A stretch of DNA of 64,000 nucleotides. Source: Alphaproteobacteria bacterium. GTDB lineage: Bacteria; Pseudomonadota; Alphaproteobacteria; UBA9219; RGZA01. Positions 53,272 through 63,049 of the stretch are shown here, one piece after another (the first letter of the stretch is position 1; each line of letters starts with the position of its first letter). The stretch spans positions 8,563 through 72,562 of the forward strand of contig JAYRWY010000003.1 of the NCBI GenBank assembly GCA_041917755.1. Direction: 5' to 3'. Made by a program: the position numbers and the translations under genes. The notes under the pieces are model-generated. The model was given only the letters and a program-made list of their open reading frames with translations, did no database searches and had not been told where the DNA came from.

Positions 53272-53553
53272 ATGTCAGAACCGAATTATACTTACCGCCC
53301 AACCTTAAGCGAAGTATTAAACATCGCATTTTCAGCCGAGCGCATAGTCATCGATCCGATTGTGCCAGATGATCTACCCAGCCCTCCAAAGCCAAGCACA
53401 ATAGGCCTAATTGTGCGTGGTATTGCGCGTTATGCAGGGTTTTATGAGGCATTAAAACCCCCCGCTGTGGATCCAATTGCGGCGGCTTTGTCTGATCCAA
53501 GTCGTCCGCTAACGTTAAGCCAAGCTGTTCAACTGGGGCTTCGTCAGGGGTAA
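53272..53553 (+). CDS. hypothetical protein
   Basis: 93 aa and Pro-rich, with no recognized family. Confidence 0.45.
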   Translation: MSEPNYTYRPTLSEVLNIAFSAERIVIDPIVPDDLPSPPKPSTIGLIVRGIARYAGFYEALKPPAVDPIAAALSDPSRPLTLSQAVQLGLRQG

Positions 53554-53559
53554 CACATT

Positions 53560-54123
53560 ATGGTACAGCAATCGACAGTGTTACGTGTTCAAACAGCTAG
53601 CAGTACGCGTCCATCCATTAGCCCTGTTGAACAGGCCGTTCGGCTGGTCGTGTTGGATTTCAATCCGCGTTGGACCATTTCTACAATCGACATATACGGC
53701 GAAGTGGGCCCAGGTTGGATTAAAGGCCCTGAATGTGACTACCCGGCAATTTTCCAAGAATATGCTGGGCGATATCGCATAGAGCGTTTCCGTGAGGAAA
53801 TCGAAGCACTTGGTGGTAAGTTCTTCCTAAAGCCTGACTTGGATGAATGTGAGGATAATCCACTTATCTGGAGTGAAGCAGGGCTATCTGTGCCTGTAGC
53901 AAATGGTATCGATGACGCTGACCATGTTGCTTCTGTTGTGCAAAGCATCAGCTTGGCAGCGGAGCAATCAGAGCTATTTACAATCGGCAGCATCCCTAGC
54001 ATCCGCAATCCGCAAGCCAAGATTGAAACCGTAAAGCGTGAGAATACCAAAGCCATATGGCGCCAAAAATGGCGCGGTAGCTGGCGTGGAGGCGAGTTAT
54101 TGCCATCCAACAAATATGGCTAA
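53560..54123 (+). CDS. hypothetical protein
   Basis: 187 aa. It starts 6 nt after the upstream ORF and is probably co-transcribed with it. Confidence 0.5.
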   Translation: MVQQSTVLRVQTASSTRPSISPVEQAVRLVVLDFNPRWTISTIDIYGEVGPGWIKGPECDYPAIFQEYAGRYRIERFREEIEALGGKFFLKPDLDECEDNPLIWSEAGLSVPVANGIDDADHVASVVQSISLAAEQSELFTIGSIPSIRNPQAKIETVKRENTKAIWRQKWRGSWRGGELLPSNKYG

Positions 54124-54127
54124 AAAT

Positions 54128-54502
54128 TTATAGTGAATTAGTTCTTGGCTTGAAGCGGGCATCAAACACGCCACGCACAGCATCATGAGCAACCTGTTTT
54201 GGATTGCCTACATGGTTGTAGCTGTAGGGGGTGTTTTTTACATTCAATACGATATCAAAGCTTCCTGCTTTATCTGCACTGTGAACAGAAATCTCCAGAT
54301 TATCGGAATTGTGCAATTGTCTAAAAGACTTGCTGGCTTTTAGTTTTTCTAACAACTCAGGATATAGGCCATAGATCGCATCCTGCGTTACTTCTTGTCC
54401 AGCGACCTGAAAGCTCATCTTGATAGACGCAATTCTGGTATGGGTTGGATTATCCCATTTAATGTCTTCACGAATTTCACTCATCGAATAATCGACAGCC
54501 AT
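54128..54502 (-). CDS. hypothetical protein
   Basis: 124 aa with no recognized family. Confidence 0.45.
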   Translation of the reverse strand: MAVDYSMSEIREDIKWDNPTHTRIASIKMSFQVAGQEVTQDAIYGLYPELLEKLKASKSFRQLHNSDNLEISVHSADKAGSFDIVLNVKNTPYSYNHVGNPKQVAHDAVRGVFDARFKPRTNSL

Positions 54503-54552
54503 ACAAGCTCCTGTTTGGTGATTTCGCTAAATTACCCCATAATATTGAAACT

Positions 54553-54580
54553 AAAAAACCCCGCGAAAAGCGGGGTTTTT
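54553..54580. terminator. bidirectional rho-independent terminator
   Basis: CCCCGC-GAAAA-GCGGGG hairpin flanked by an A-tract and a T-tract. Confidence 0.8.
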
Positions 54581-54605
54581 GAATGGGTTAGACGTAGTTT
54601 TTAAA

Positions 54606-56024
54606 CTAGCGAATGTATAGATGAACTTCAGGTGACTGGGCTACGTCACTGCTGATGCTGCTCATGGAAAGGCGGTTTGGTTGAAGACCAAGCTGAATTA
54701 GGGAGCTTTTCACATTTTCAGCATTCCGGTCTGCACGTTCGATATCGCCGCCAACAGCCGCAGGATCATTGCTCTTCGGGCTCACGGCAACGATGGTGAA
54801 ATTTGCATCTGGCTTGCGGTCTAATGCAGTGCTGACCGCTTGATACATCTGATCTTCGTAATCAACTTGTGGTTCGTTAAAGCGGACTAGAACCAATAAT
54901 TGGCCAAGTGTCCCCGCATCATTGGAGTAACCGCCAACGGGCGTCGCTTGGCTGCTCTTGCGGCTGATGGGGGCAGATTGTACTGGGTCAACAGGTACAG
55001 CTGGCGGATTATAAACACCATCATTGGATGGAGCCAGGCTTGTAGGCTGGCTGATGCTTGGAAAGCCGCTAACATCCATTCGTGTATTCGGCAAACTGCC
55101 ATAGCTTGGCTCGTTACCAACGATAACGGTTTGTCCAGCCAGGCTGTTACGAATAAGTTCGCCGCGGCTGATAGCCAGTGCAAGCACCTGCAGGTTTTGG
55201 CGCTCTGTCGCAAGATATGTATTTTGGCGGCGGATGTCGTCATTGATTTCGCCGCGAATACGGTCAACGTTCACTGTATTTTTAGCAACTTCATCGCGGA
55301 TCATCGCAAGCTGGTCATGATCTTCATCCAATGCGCCCGACAGCTCGAAGGCAGCTTTCACAGCTTGCAGTAAATATGCTGCCTGTGATGATGAACCAGA
55401 CAGAGATGTTGAAAGCATATTGAGCTTCGAGATGGAGTAGTTTACCTCGGTCAAGCTTTGTTCGGCTTCGCTCCACTGGCGCTGCAAAATAGGGTTACCA
55501 CGTGTGGTGCCGGCTTCAAGACGTGCAGTAATAGCTGCTACAGTTGAATGGAATTGAATAGCGCCGGCTGCACCGCGGCCGCGTAACTGATTGAATTCGT
55601 CAATATCGCGGTCAACCGCTTGGCGCAAACCAATAGCTTCATCGCGAAGTTGAAATACACGGTCAGAAACAACCGAACCACTTGGCGGGCCAAAATCAGC
55701 AAACATATTTTGTCCAACAGGCACACGCACTGGTGTACGTGATCCGGGTGCCGGGTTTGCGGAATTTACATCAATTTGGCTTGGAGCTGGTGGTGGCGGA
55801 AGACGAAGTCTTGAATCGGTGGCCGCTGCTGCACTGGTGCTAACAGGCTCAATCATATTGCTGGAAGCAGCAGCAGTTGAACCATCTGTGGGTCGGACAA
55901 TCAGCGGGCGTAGCGCATCATCATTCACATCCGCTGTCTGGGCAAATGCGTCGGTGGCTACAAACTGCGCGCTGGCCAAAGCCAACACAGCAGCTAACTG
56001 ATATACATGCTTGGTCAAGTTCAT
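54606..56024 (-). CDS. hypothetical secreted coiled-coil protein (possible OmpA-like C-terminal region)
   Basis: Signal peptide ending AFAQT, then a Ser/Pro-rich segment and a long coiled coil. The C-terminal ...ERADRNAENVKSSLIQLGLQPNRLSMS resembles the OmpA-type peptidoglycan-binding motif only weakly. Confidence 0.5.
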   Translation of the reverse strand: MNLTKHVYQLAAVLALASAQFVATDAFAQTADVNDDALRPLIVRPTDGSTAAASSNMIEPVSTSAAAATDSRLRLPPPPAPSQIDVNSANPAPGSRTPVRVPVGQNMFADFGPPSGSVVSDRVFQLRDEAIGLRQAVDRDIDEFNQLRGRGAAGAIQFHSTVAAITARLEAGTTRGNPILQRQWSEAEQSLTEVNYSISKLNMLSTSLSGSSSQAAYLLQAVKAAFELSGALDEDHDQLAMIRDEVAKNTVNVDRIRGEINDDIRRQNTYLATERQNLQVLALAISRGELIRNSLAGQTVIVGNEPSYGSLPNTRMDVSGFPSISQPTSLAPSNDGVYNPPAVPVDPVQSAPISRKSSQATPVGGYSNDAGTLGQLLVLVRFNEPQVDYEDQMYQAVSTALDRKPDANFTIVAVSPKSNDPAAVGGDIERADRNAENVKSSLIQLGLQPNRLSMSSISSDVAQSPEVHLYIR

Positions 56025-56237
56025 TACCGAAACCTCTTTGACTTAAATATGGCGCACTTGCAGTCTCGCGACCAAAACCTTAAAAACCTATGAAAGATTA
56101 ATACGTTAGAAGCTTATTTCCTAGCTAAGTTCGCAGTTCTTGGCAATCTTAAGCTAACTCATGCGTGGCTGTTGCCAGTGGGACACACAGATTCTGCATG
56201 ATTCGCAGGGACTTTTGTGCATTCGCGAAGCGGCAAT

Positions 56238-58550
56238 TTATCGTCTACGGCGGCCTTTTTTAAAGCTCCGCTTGCCCGAAAACGGGTGTTTGCCACCTTT
56301 TTCACCATCACGGTTCTTGCCCCGATGCTCTGCAAAGCGGGGGCCTCCACTAGCCCTGCCAACCACCCCTACGATACTGAATCGCAGACCGCCCACCACA
56401 GGGTCGGCTTCAACTAACTTTACCCGCAGGGTATCGGCAAGCCGGAAGACTTTTCCATGCTTGGATCCAATCAAACGCTGGTTTTGTTCATCGTGATTAT
56501 AATAATCGTCCGGCAACTGGCTCATGGGAATAAATCCATCCGCCCCGGTTTCAGTTAACCGTACGAACAGACCGGCGCGGGTTACGCCACTAATCCGACC
56601 ATCAAATTCTGCGCCAACATTATCGGCAAGATAGAGGGATGTGTATCTATCGCTTGCATCACGTTCGGCGTCAATTGCGCGGCGTTCGGTTTTGGATATG
56701 TGTTCGCCTATATCATCAAGGCGTGAAAGTTCATCATCAGTTATGCCGTCATTGCCCAATTTGAACAGACGTATAAGTGCGCGGTGTACAATCAAATCCG
56801 CGTAGCGCCTAATGGGCGAAGTGAAATGCGCGTAATGTGACAATGCAAGACCAAAATGCCCGATATTGTCAGGGCTATATATCGCTTGTGCAAGGCTACG
56901 CAGCATCACTTCATTGATAACCTGGCTGTGTGCGGTGTCTACAAATTGTTCCAAAATCGCTGCTAAATCAGCCGGACGAAGGGCTTTGCCCGGGGACAGC
57001 GTCACCCCAAACCCTTTTAGAAAATCGCGCAGATTGGCAATTTTTTCAACGCTGGGTAAATCGTGTACGCGGTACAATGCACCCATATTGCCATCCTGCA
57101 ATGCACGTGCTGCCGCTACGTTTGCCAATACCATGAATTCTTCAATCAACTTATGGCTTTCAAGGCGTGCGCGATTGCCGATGGACGTAATTTTTCCATC
57201 CTCGCTGACCTTAATCTGCCGTTCAGCAATATTCAGTTCTAAAGTGCCGCGTTGTTTACGTGCCTCCAATAATACGGCGTAGGCGCCATAAAGCGGCTTA
57301 ATGACACTTTCTAAAATCGGCTTGGTGATTTCATTTGGATTTCCATCCATCGCTTCTTGCACCTGTTCATAGGTGGTGCGTGCAACGGATTTCATAAGCG
57401 CGCGGCTGAATTTGAAATGTTTCAGCTCGCCTTTTTTATCGATGGTCATATGCGCAACCATACATGCACGATCGACCAATGGTTTAAGGGAGCATAATTC
57501 ATTGCTTAATGCCTCGGGAAGCATGGGCACAACGCGGTCTGGAAAGTAAACCGAATTGCCACGCTTATAGGCTTCGCGGTCGATAATCGAATTCGATGTG
57601 ACATAGTGTGATACGTCGGCAATCGCGACGGTCAGCTTCCAGCCGCCTTTATTTGACGGGCTGTCATCCATTTCTGCATGAACGGCGTCATCGAAGTCGC
57701 GGGCATCCGCACCATCAATAGTGATAAGGGGGAGGGAACGTAAATCAGTACGTCCCTTTAAATCCGCCGCCTCAAGTTTTTCGGATGCAGCCACCACACC
57801 ATCTGGGAATACCCACGGAATGCTATGCTGTGCAATAGCAATTAAGCTAACGGCGCGCGGCGCATTCAATGGCCCGAGGTTTTCGGTGAGGCGAACCAGT
57901 TTTTTACCAAATTTGCTTTGTGATAAAACTTCGGCTGTAACAATGTCGCCTTTCTTGGCTTCAATCGTCTGTGCCTTGGTATCTAGGATATATTCATCGC
58001 GGTTTTTACGGTCCGTTGGCCGTAAAACCAATCCCTGGCCACTTTCTTCAAGCACGCCAACCAGTTTGTTTACGGCGCGTGGTAGGCGTTTAATAGGACG
58101 GGCTGTATATTGCCCGCGTCCTTGGTGCTCTAGGCGAACGAGCACCCTGTCGCCTTTAGCCAGACTTTCCAGCTTAAGTGTTTTTGCCTGATGATGGGAG
58201 ATATGCAAATGGATCTGCGCGTTGGGGTCTTTCTGTTCTTCCAACGGACGAACCGAAATGTTATCGCCATCAATCTGGGTAATTTCAACGCCCAAGACAT
58301 CAGGCAGTGCGCCTGGACGGCTTATTTTTTTACCGAATGTTTTTTCAACGACACCTGTGATTTTTAAATCTTGGAGTAGTCGTTTAAGCTGAATGCGCTG
58401 ATCATCATGGATTTTAAAGTGCCGCGCGATTTCGCGCTTTCCTACCGGGACAGGACTTTCTTTGATGAATTTCAGAATTTCTTCCCGCGTAGGGAAGGGG
58501 TAGGATTTTTTTGGTTTAAGTGGTTTGTTCTTTTTCAATATAGTCTTCAA
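56238..58550 (-). CDS. rnr: ribonuclease R
   Basis: 770 aa with HTH, cold-shock, RNB and S1 domains and a basic tail. Confidence 0.9.
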   Translation of the reverse strand: MKTILKKNKPLKPKKSYPFPTREEILKFIKESPVPVGKREIARHFKIHDDQRIQLKRLLQDLKITGVVEKTFGKKISRPGALPDVLGVEITQIDGDNISVRPLEEQKDPNAQIHLHISHHQAKTLKLESLAKGDRVLVRLEHQGRGQYTARPIKRLPRAVNKLVGVLEESGQGLVLRPTDRKNRDEYILDTKAQTIEAKKGDIVTAEVLSQSKFGKKLVRLTENLGPLNAPRAVSLIAIAQHSIPWVFPDGVVAASEKLEAADLKGRTDLRSLPLITIDGADARDFDDAVHAEMDDSPSNKGGWKLTVAIADVSHYVTSNSIIDREAYKRGNSVYFPDRVVPMLPEALSNELCSLKPLVDRACMVAHMTIDKKGELKHFKFSRALMKSVARTTYEQVQEAMDGNPNEITKPILESVIKPLYGAYAVLLEARKQRGTLELNIAERQIKVSEDGKITSIGNRARLESHKLIEEFMVLANVAAARALQDGNMGALYRVHDLPSVEKIANLRDFLKGFGVTLSPGKALRPADLAAILEQFVDTAHSQVINEVMLRSLAQAIYSPDNIGHFGLALSHYAHFTSPIRRYADLIVHRALIRLFKLGNDGITDDELSRLDDIGEHISKTERRAIDAERDASDRYTSLYLADNVGAEFDGRISGVTRAGLFVRLTETGADGFIPMSQLPDDYYNHDEQNQRLIGSKHGKVFRLADTLRVKLVEADPVVGGLRFSIVGVVGRASGGPRFAEHRGKNRDGEKGGKHPFSGKRSFKKGRRRR

Positions 58551-59113
58551 TGCTTGGTTGTGTTTTTCTTGTTGGTATAGGCGGTCATCGCTTCTTTAAA
58601 CTCTTTGGACGCCTTGATTGTCTTAGTGTAACTAATTTTGCGTTTTGCGGCTATATCAAAGATAACGTTGTTGAATCCGCCGCGTGCGCCGCAATAGTAG
58701 TGGCAGCTTTGTTCTGCGCCCTGCGGAGTTATGTCATTGGATATAAGCTGTTTCCCTCTGGTTTCAATGGATAAGACGCAGGACGTATCTTTATTCGGGT
58801 CACGAAAGATCAGTTTGTCCTGCTCAAGCTCGGCAATGCCCCACAGGGCACAAGTATGCCCATTATAAAAATTCAGGTCATAGCGAATATAGGCTGTTTC
58901 CTGCGTGACTTTCATAATTTCCAGAATATCTTCCGATAAATAGCTTTCGCCACTCACTAATCCATTCTGAAAATGGTGTTTATAAACGCCTTCAACGGTA
59001 TCTATGTAATTGGGCGGCGCTGCGGGTGAGGGTTGGGTTTTGGTTTTTGCAAACGCATCACTGCCCGAAAGCAGTGATAGAATGCAAGCCAGTACTAAAA
59101 TGCCGTGTTTCAT
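58547..59113 (-). CDS. hypothetical secreted/lipoprotein-like protein
   Basis: Has a signal peptide and 4 Cys. Its 3' end overlaps the rnr start by 4 nt. Confidence 0.5.
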   Translation of the reverse strand: MKHGILVLACILSLLSGSDAFAKTKTQPSPAAPPNYIDTVEGVYKHHFQNGLVSGESYLSEDILEIMKVTQETAYIRYDLNFYNGHTCALWGIAELEQDKLIFRDPNKDTSCVLSIETRGKQLISNDITPQGAEQSCHYYCGARGGFNNVIFDIAAKRKISYTKTIKASKEFKEAMTAYTNKKNTTKH

Positions 59114-61855
59114 TTAGGCTGCTTTTTTCTTCTTCGCAGGTTTCTTTTTGGCGGCAGGTTTGGCTTTTGCTTTTGGCGCGGCTTTCTTTACTTCGCCTGC
59201 GTCATCATCATTGGCTGACTTGCCTTTTTTCGGTGCGCCTTTGGCAGCTTTCTTTGCTAAAATTTCAACTGCCTCTTCAAGCGTCAACGTATCCATATTG
59301 GTGCCCTTGGGCAGGGTGGCCATGGCTTTACCGTGCTTTACAAATGCGCCGAAACGGCCCTGTTGCACGGTAATCATCTTCTTATCTGCAGGATGTTCGC
59401 CCACATCTCTGCCTTGCATGGCTTTGCGCTTTTCCAGCGCTTCAGCCATCAAGACGGTTGCGCGGTTTAAGCCGATGGTGAGTACATCTTCATCCTTTGG
59501 AATGGATTTATAAACACTGCCCAGTTTGAGGTACGGGCCAAAACGTCCCACGCCTGCCTGAATAACTTCGCCTGTTTCAGGGAATGGCCCGACATCGCGC
59601 GGCAATGCAAGTAACTTCAGTGCAATATCCAGATCGATGGTGGCGGGATCAAGGCCTTTAGGCAGCGAGCTGCGTTTGGGTTGCGGTCCTTTTTCCTTTT
59701 TGGCTTTTTTCTTTTTCTTCTTTTTGCCTTTAGCGTCGACCTCATCTTCCGCAGGTTCTTCTTTTGGCGGAGGTGGCGCGGCACTTTCCGGGCGGTCAAG
59801 CTGCACATACATACCGTATGGGCCATTGCGCAAGGTGACGGGCATATTGGTCACTGGGTCATTGCCCAATAATTTCGGCTCTGCACTTCCGGCATTGGCG
59901 GCTTCACCTGCCACTAATGGCGCAGTGTATTTGCATTCAGGATAGTTGGAACAACCAACAAATGCGCCATTCTTGCCAAGGCGCAGGCCCAAACGACCTG
60001 TATTACATGATTTGCATAGACGTGGGTCAACGCCATCACCCTTATCAGGGAAGAAGTGTGGTCCAAGATTTTCATCAAGCGCATCGATCACGTCGCGGAT
60101 TTTCAGTTCTTTGGTGCCATCAATCGCGGCAGAAAAATCTTTCCAGAAATCGCGCAATAAACCCTTCCAGTTCAGCTTGCCTTCAGAAACCTTATCAAGT
60201 TGTTCTTCCAGTGACGCTGTAAAATTATATTCGACATAACGTTCAAAAAAATGATTGAGGAAGGTGGTCACAATGCGACCACGGTCTTCGGGTACAAAAC
60301 GCTTTTTATCCAGCGTAACGTAATCGCGGTCCTGCAATACCTGAATAATGCTGGTATAGGTTGATGGACGGCCAATGCCCAATTCTTCCAGCTTTTTAAT
60401 CAGGCTGGCTTCACTATAGCGTGGTGGGGGCTCGGTGAAATGCTGGTTTGGCGTAACAGAATTTTTCTTCAATCCTTCGCCGGTTTTTACATTGGGTAGG
60501 CGTGATTGCTTATCGTCGTCTGCGGCGCTGGCCGTATCATCCTTTTCTTCTTCATAAACTTTCAAGAAGCCGTCAAACAATACAACCGAACCATTGGCAC
60601 GGAAGCTAAAGCGCTTATCCGACCCAACAATATCAATGGCTACTTGATCCAAAATGGCGCTTTCCATCTGGCTGGCGACGGTTCGTTGCCAAATCAGGGT
60701 ATAAAGGCGCAGCGCATCGGGCTCCAAATAACGCGCAACCTGTGATGGCAAGCGGGAAAGGTCGGTGGGGCGTACAGCTTCGTGGGCTTCCTGCGCGTTC
60801 TTCACCACACTCTTATATATGCGTGGTTCACCCGGCAAATATTTGTCGCCATATTCTTTGGTAATGATACTGCGTGCGCCGGCAATCGCTTCATTTGACA
60901 AGTAAATGCCATCGGTACGCATATAGGTGATAAGACCAATCGTCTCGCCGCCTAAATCCACACCTTCATAAAGTTGCTGCGCCATACGCATGGTGCGTGA
61001 TGCGCCCATGCCCAATTTGCGCGATGCTTCTTGTTGCAAGGTTGATGTGGTGAATGGCGCATACGGATTGCGCTTGGTTTGTTTGCGTTCAATATCGCCA
61101 ACTGAATAATTGAGTGCGTTCAGTTTATCAAAGGCGGCCTTGGCATCTTTTTCGTTGGTAAAGGTGAACTTTTCAACTTTTTTGCCATCAAACTGCGATA
61201 GGCGTGCGGGTATTTGTGCCCCTGTATCGGTCGTAAATACAGCTTCAATGCTCCAGTACTCTTGTGGAACAAATTTTTCGATTTCATCTTCGCGTTGGCA
61301 AATTAAACGCAGCGCAACCGATTGCACACGGCCAGCCGAACGCGCCCCAGGCAGCTTGCGCCACAATACAGGGGAGAGTGAAAAGCCCACAAGATAGTCA
61401 AGCGCGCGGCGCGCCATATAGGCATCAATCAATGGCTGGTCGAGCGCGCGCGGATTGGCGATCGCTTCATTCACTGCGCTCTTGGTAATTTCATTAAACG
61501 TAATACGGTGGACCTTTTTGCCTTTCAGCAAATTTTTATTCTGTAAAACTTCCTGTACGTGCCATGCAATGGCTTCCCCTTCACGATCAGGGTCAGTCGC
61601 AAGGTATAGGGTGCTTGCATCTTTAAGGGCTTTGGTAATATCACCCACAGGGCGTGCAGCACGATCGCCCAATTCCCATGACATGGTAAAATCTTCGTCC
61701 GGCTTAACCGAGCCATCTTTGGGCGGCAAGTCGCGGATGTGACCAAATGATGCCAAAACGGTATAATCTGAGCCCAGATACTTATTGATAGTTTTGGCCT
61801 TGGCGGGCGATTCAACGATAACGAGTTTATGTTCGGACATTTTATATATGGTCAC
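59114..61855 (-). CDS. topA: DNA topoisomerase I
   Basis: 913 aa with TOPRIM and Topo IA domains, Zn ribbons and a Lys/Ala-rich C-terminal tail. Confidence 0.95.
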   Translation of the reverse strand: MTIYKMSEHKLVIVESPAKAKTINKYLGSDYTVLASFGHIRDLPPKDGSVKPDEDFTMSWELGDRAARPVGDITKALKDASTLYLATDPDREGEAIAWHVQEVLQNKNLLKGKKVHRITFNEITKSAVNEAIANPRALDQPLIDAYMARRALDYLVGFSLSPVLWRKLPGARSAGRVQSVALRLICQREDEIEKFVPQEYWSIEAVFTTDTGAQIPARLSQFDGKKVEKFTFTNEKDAKAAFDKLNALNYSVGDIERKQTKRNPYAPFTTSTLQQEASRKLGMGASRTMRMAQQLYEGVDLGGETIGLITYMRTDGIYLSNEAIAGARSIITKEYGDKYLPGEPRIYKSVVKNAQEAHEAVRPTDLSRLPSQVARYLEPDALRLYTLIWQRTVASQMESAILDQVAIDIVGSDKRFSFRANGSVVLFDGFLKVYEEEKDDTASAADDDKQSRLPNVKTGEGLKKNSVTPNQHFTEPPPRYSEASLIKKLEELGIGRPSTYTSIIQVLQDRDYVTLDKKRFVPEDRGRIVTTFLNHFFERYVEYNFTASLEEQLDKVSEGKLNWKGLLRDFWKDFSAAIDGTKELKIRDVIDALDENLGPHFFPDKGDGVDPRLCKSCNTGRLGLRLGKNGAFVGCSNYPECKYTAPLVAGEAANAGSAEPKLLGNDPVTNMPVTLRNGPYGMYVQLDRPESAAPPPPKEEPAEDEVDAKGKKKKKKKAKKEKGPQPKRSSLPKGLDPATIDLDIALKLLALPRDVGPFPETGEVIQAGVGRFGPYLKLGSVYKSIPKDEDVLTIGLNRATVLMAEALEKRKAMQGRDVGEHPADKKMITVQQGRFGAFVKHGKAMATLPKGTNMDTLTLEEAVEILAKKAAKGAPKKGKSANDDDAGEVKKAAPKAKAKPAAKKKPAKKKKAA

Positions 61856-61916
61856 AAAAGGGGCAAAATTTCTTAATTCGCCGTTTACCTATAGGGTGTG
61901 ACCCGTAAACAATTTA

Positions 61917-63041
61917 TTAGCTTACGTCAACCAGCGCCACATTTTGTCCTGGGCTTCGCATGGCTTTTCCGGCCAGTTCAAGCTCCAAAAGTGCAGCTAA
62001 AACAATGGCTGCTGGCAATTCGACATCCCTGATTAAATCGTCAATCCGTACCGCCACCGGACCGATACTTTGGAGGATTTTTTGGCGGGCGAGGGCAATT
62101 TGGTCCTCGGAAAGGGATTCGTTTCGGTTAGTAAAGTTTGAGGATGGCTCTGCCATTTGATGCAACGGATGGCGCGAAAGCCCCCCGATTATATCCTGAA
62201 CATTCTCAACCAAGACTGCGCCCTGACGCAAAAGGTTGTTATTGCCCTTGCTGCGTGGGTCTAGGGGCGAGCCAGGCACAGCCATAACCTCGCGGCCTTG
62301 CTCCAAAGCCATCCGCGCCGTAATAAGCGAGCCAGAATGTTCAACCGCTTCAATGATTAAGACACCTTCGCTTACACCGGAGATGATGCGGTTACGTTTT
62401 GGAAAATGCCGGTTGGTCGGTGGTACGCCGAATTGGCTTTCGGCAATGACCGCACCTTTTTCGCATATGGCGTGATATAACTTTTCATTCTCTTCGGGAT
62501 AAATCACATCAATCCCGCCCGCAACCACAGCAATGGTTCCCGTTTTCAATGCGCCTTGATGGGCAGCGGTATCAATTCCGCGCGCAAGACCGGACACCAC
62601 CATCATATCCGCCTGTCCGCAATCGCGTGCGATGCGTTCGGCAAATTGCCGTCCATTTAATGACGCGTTACGTGACCCCACCATCGCGATCATACGCTTT
62701 CCATTCAACGCGCTGCGCTGACCTTTAACGCTGATGATGGGCGGCGCATCTTCAATGGTACGAAGATAGGCGGGATAGTCCGGCTCACAAGCTGCCAGCA
62801 TAAATCCACCAACTTTAGTAAGCGCGTTGATTTCTTTCTCTGCACTGTCCTGTGGCGCAATGACCAATTGCTTTTTACCGCCTGCGCGCTTTGCCAATTC
62901 TGGCGCATTGCGAATGGCGCTTTCCGCGCTCCCAAATCGTTCCATCAATTTATAAAACGTGATGGGACCAATGTTTTCACTGCGAATGAGCCTCAGCCAG
63001 TCAATTCGTTCGTGATCACTGAGAGGCTTTATCTGGTTCAT
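61917..63041 (-). CDS. dprA: DNA processing protein DprA
   Basis: Rossmann-like DprA core of 374 aa. Confidence 0.9.
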   Translation of the reverse strand: MNQIKPLSDHERIDWLRLIRSENIGPITFYKLMERFGSAESAIRNAPELAKRAGGKKQLVIAPQDSAEKEINALTKVGGFMLAACEPDYPAYLRTIEDAPPIISVKGQRSALNGKRMIAMVGSRNASLNGRQFAERIARDCGQADMMVVSGLARGIDTAAHQGALKTGTIAVVAGGIDVIYPEENEKLYHAICEKGAVIAESQFGVPPTNRHFPKRNRIISGVSEGVLIIEAVEHSGSLITARMALEQGREVMAVPGSPLDPRSKGNNNLLRQGAVLVENVQDIIGGLSRHPLHQMAEPSSNFTNRNESLSEDQIALARQKILQSIGPVAVRIDDLIRDVELPAAIVLAALLELELAGKAMRSPGQNVALVDVS

Positions 63042-63049
63042 GGGCTGGG

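Noticed and set aside
56238-56330. Polybasic C-terminal tail of RNase R (KKGRRRR) as an NLS-like signal
   Set aside because: Basic C-terminal tails are a standard feature of bacterial RNase R and are involved in RNA binding. They are not comparable to the ORFan tails flagged above.
59600-59760. Low-complexity, repeat-like DNA (aaa/ctt-rich runs)
   Set aside because: It lies inside topA and encodes the Lys/Ala-rich C-terminal tail that is typical of alphaproteobacterial topoisomerase I. It is not a mobile or tandem-repeat element.
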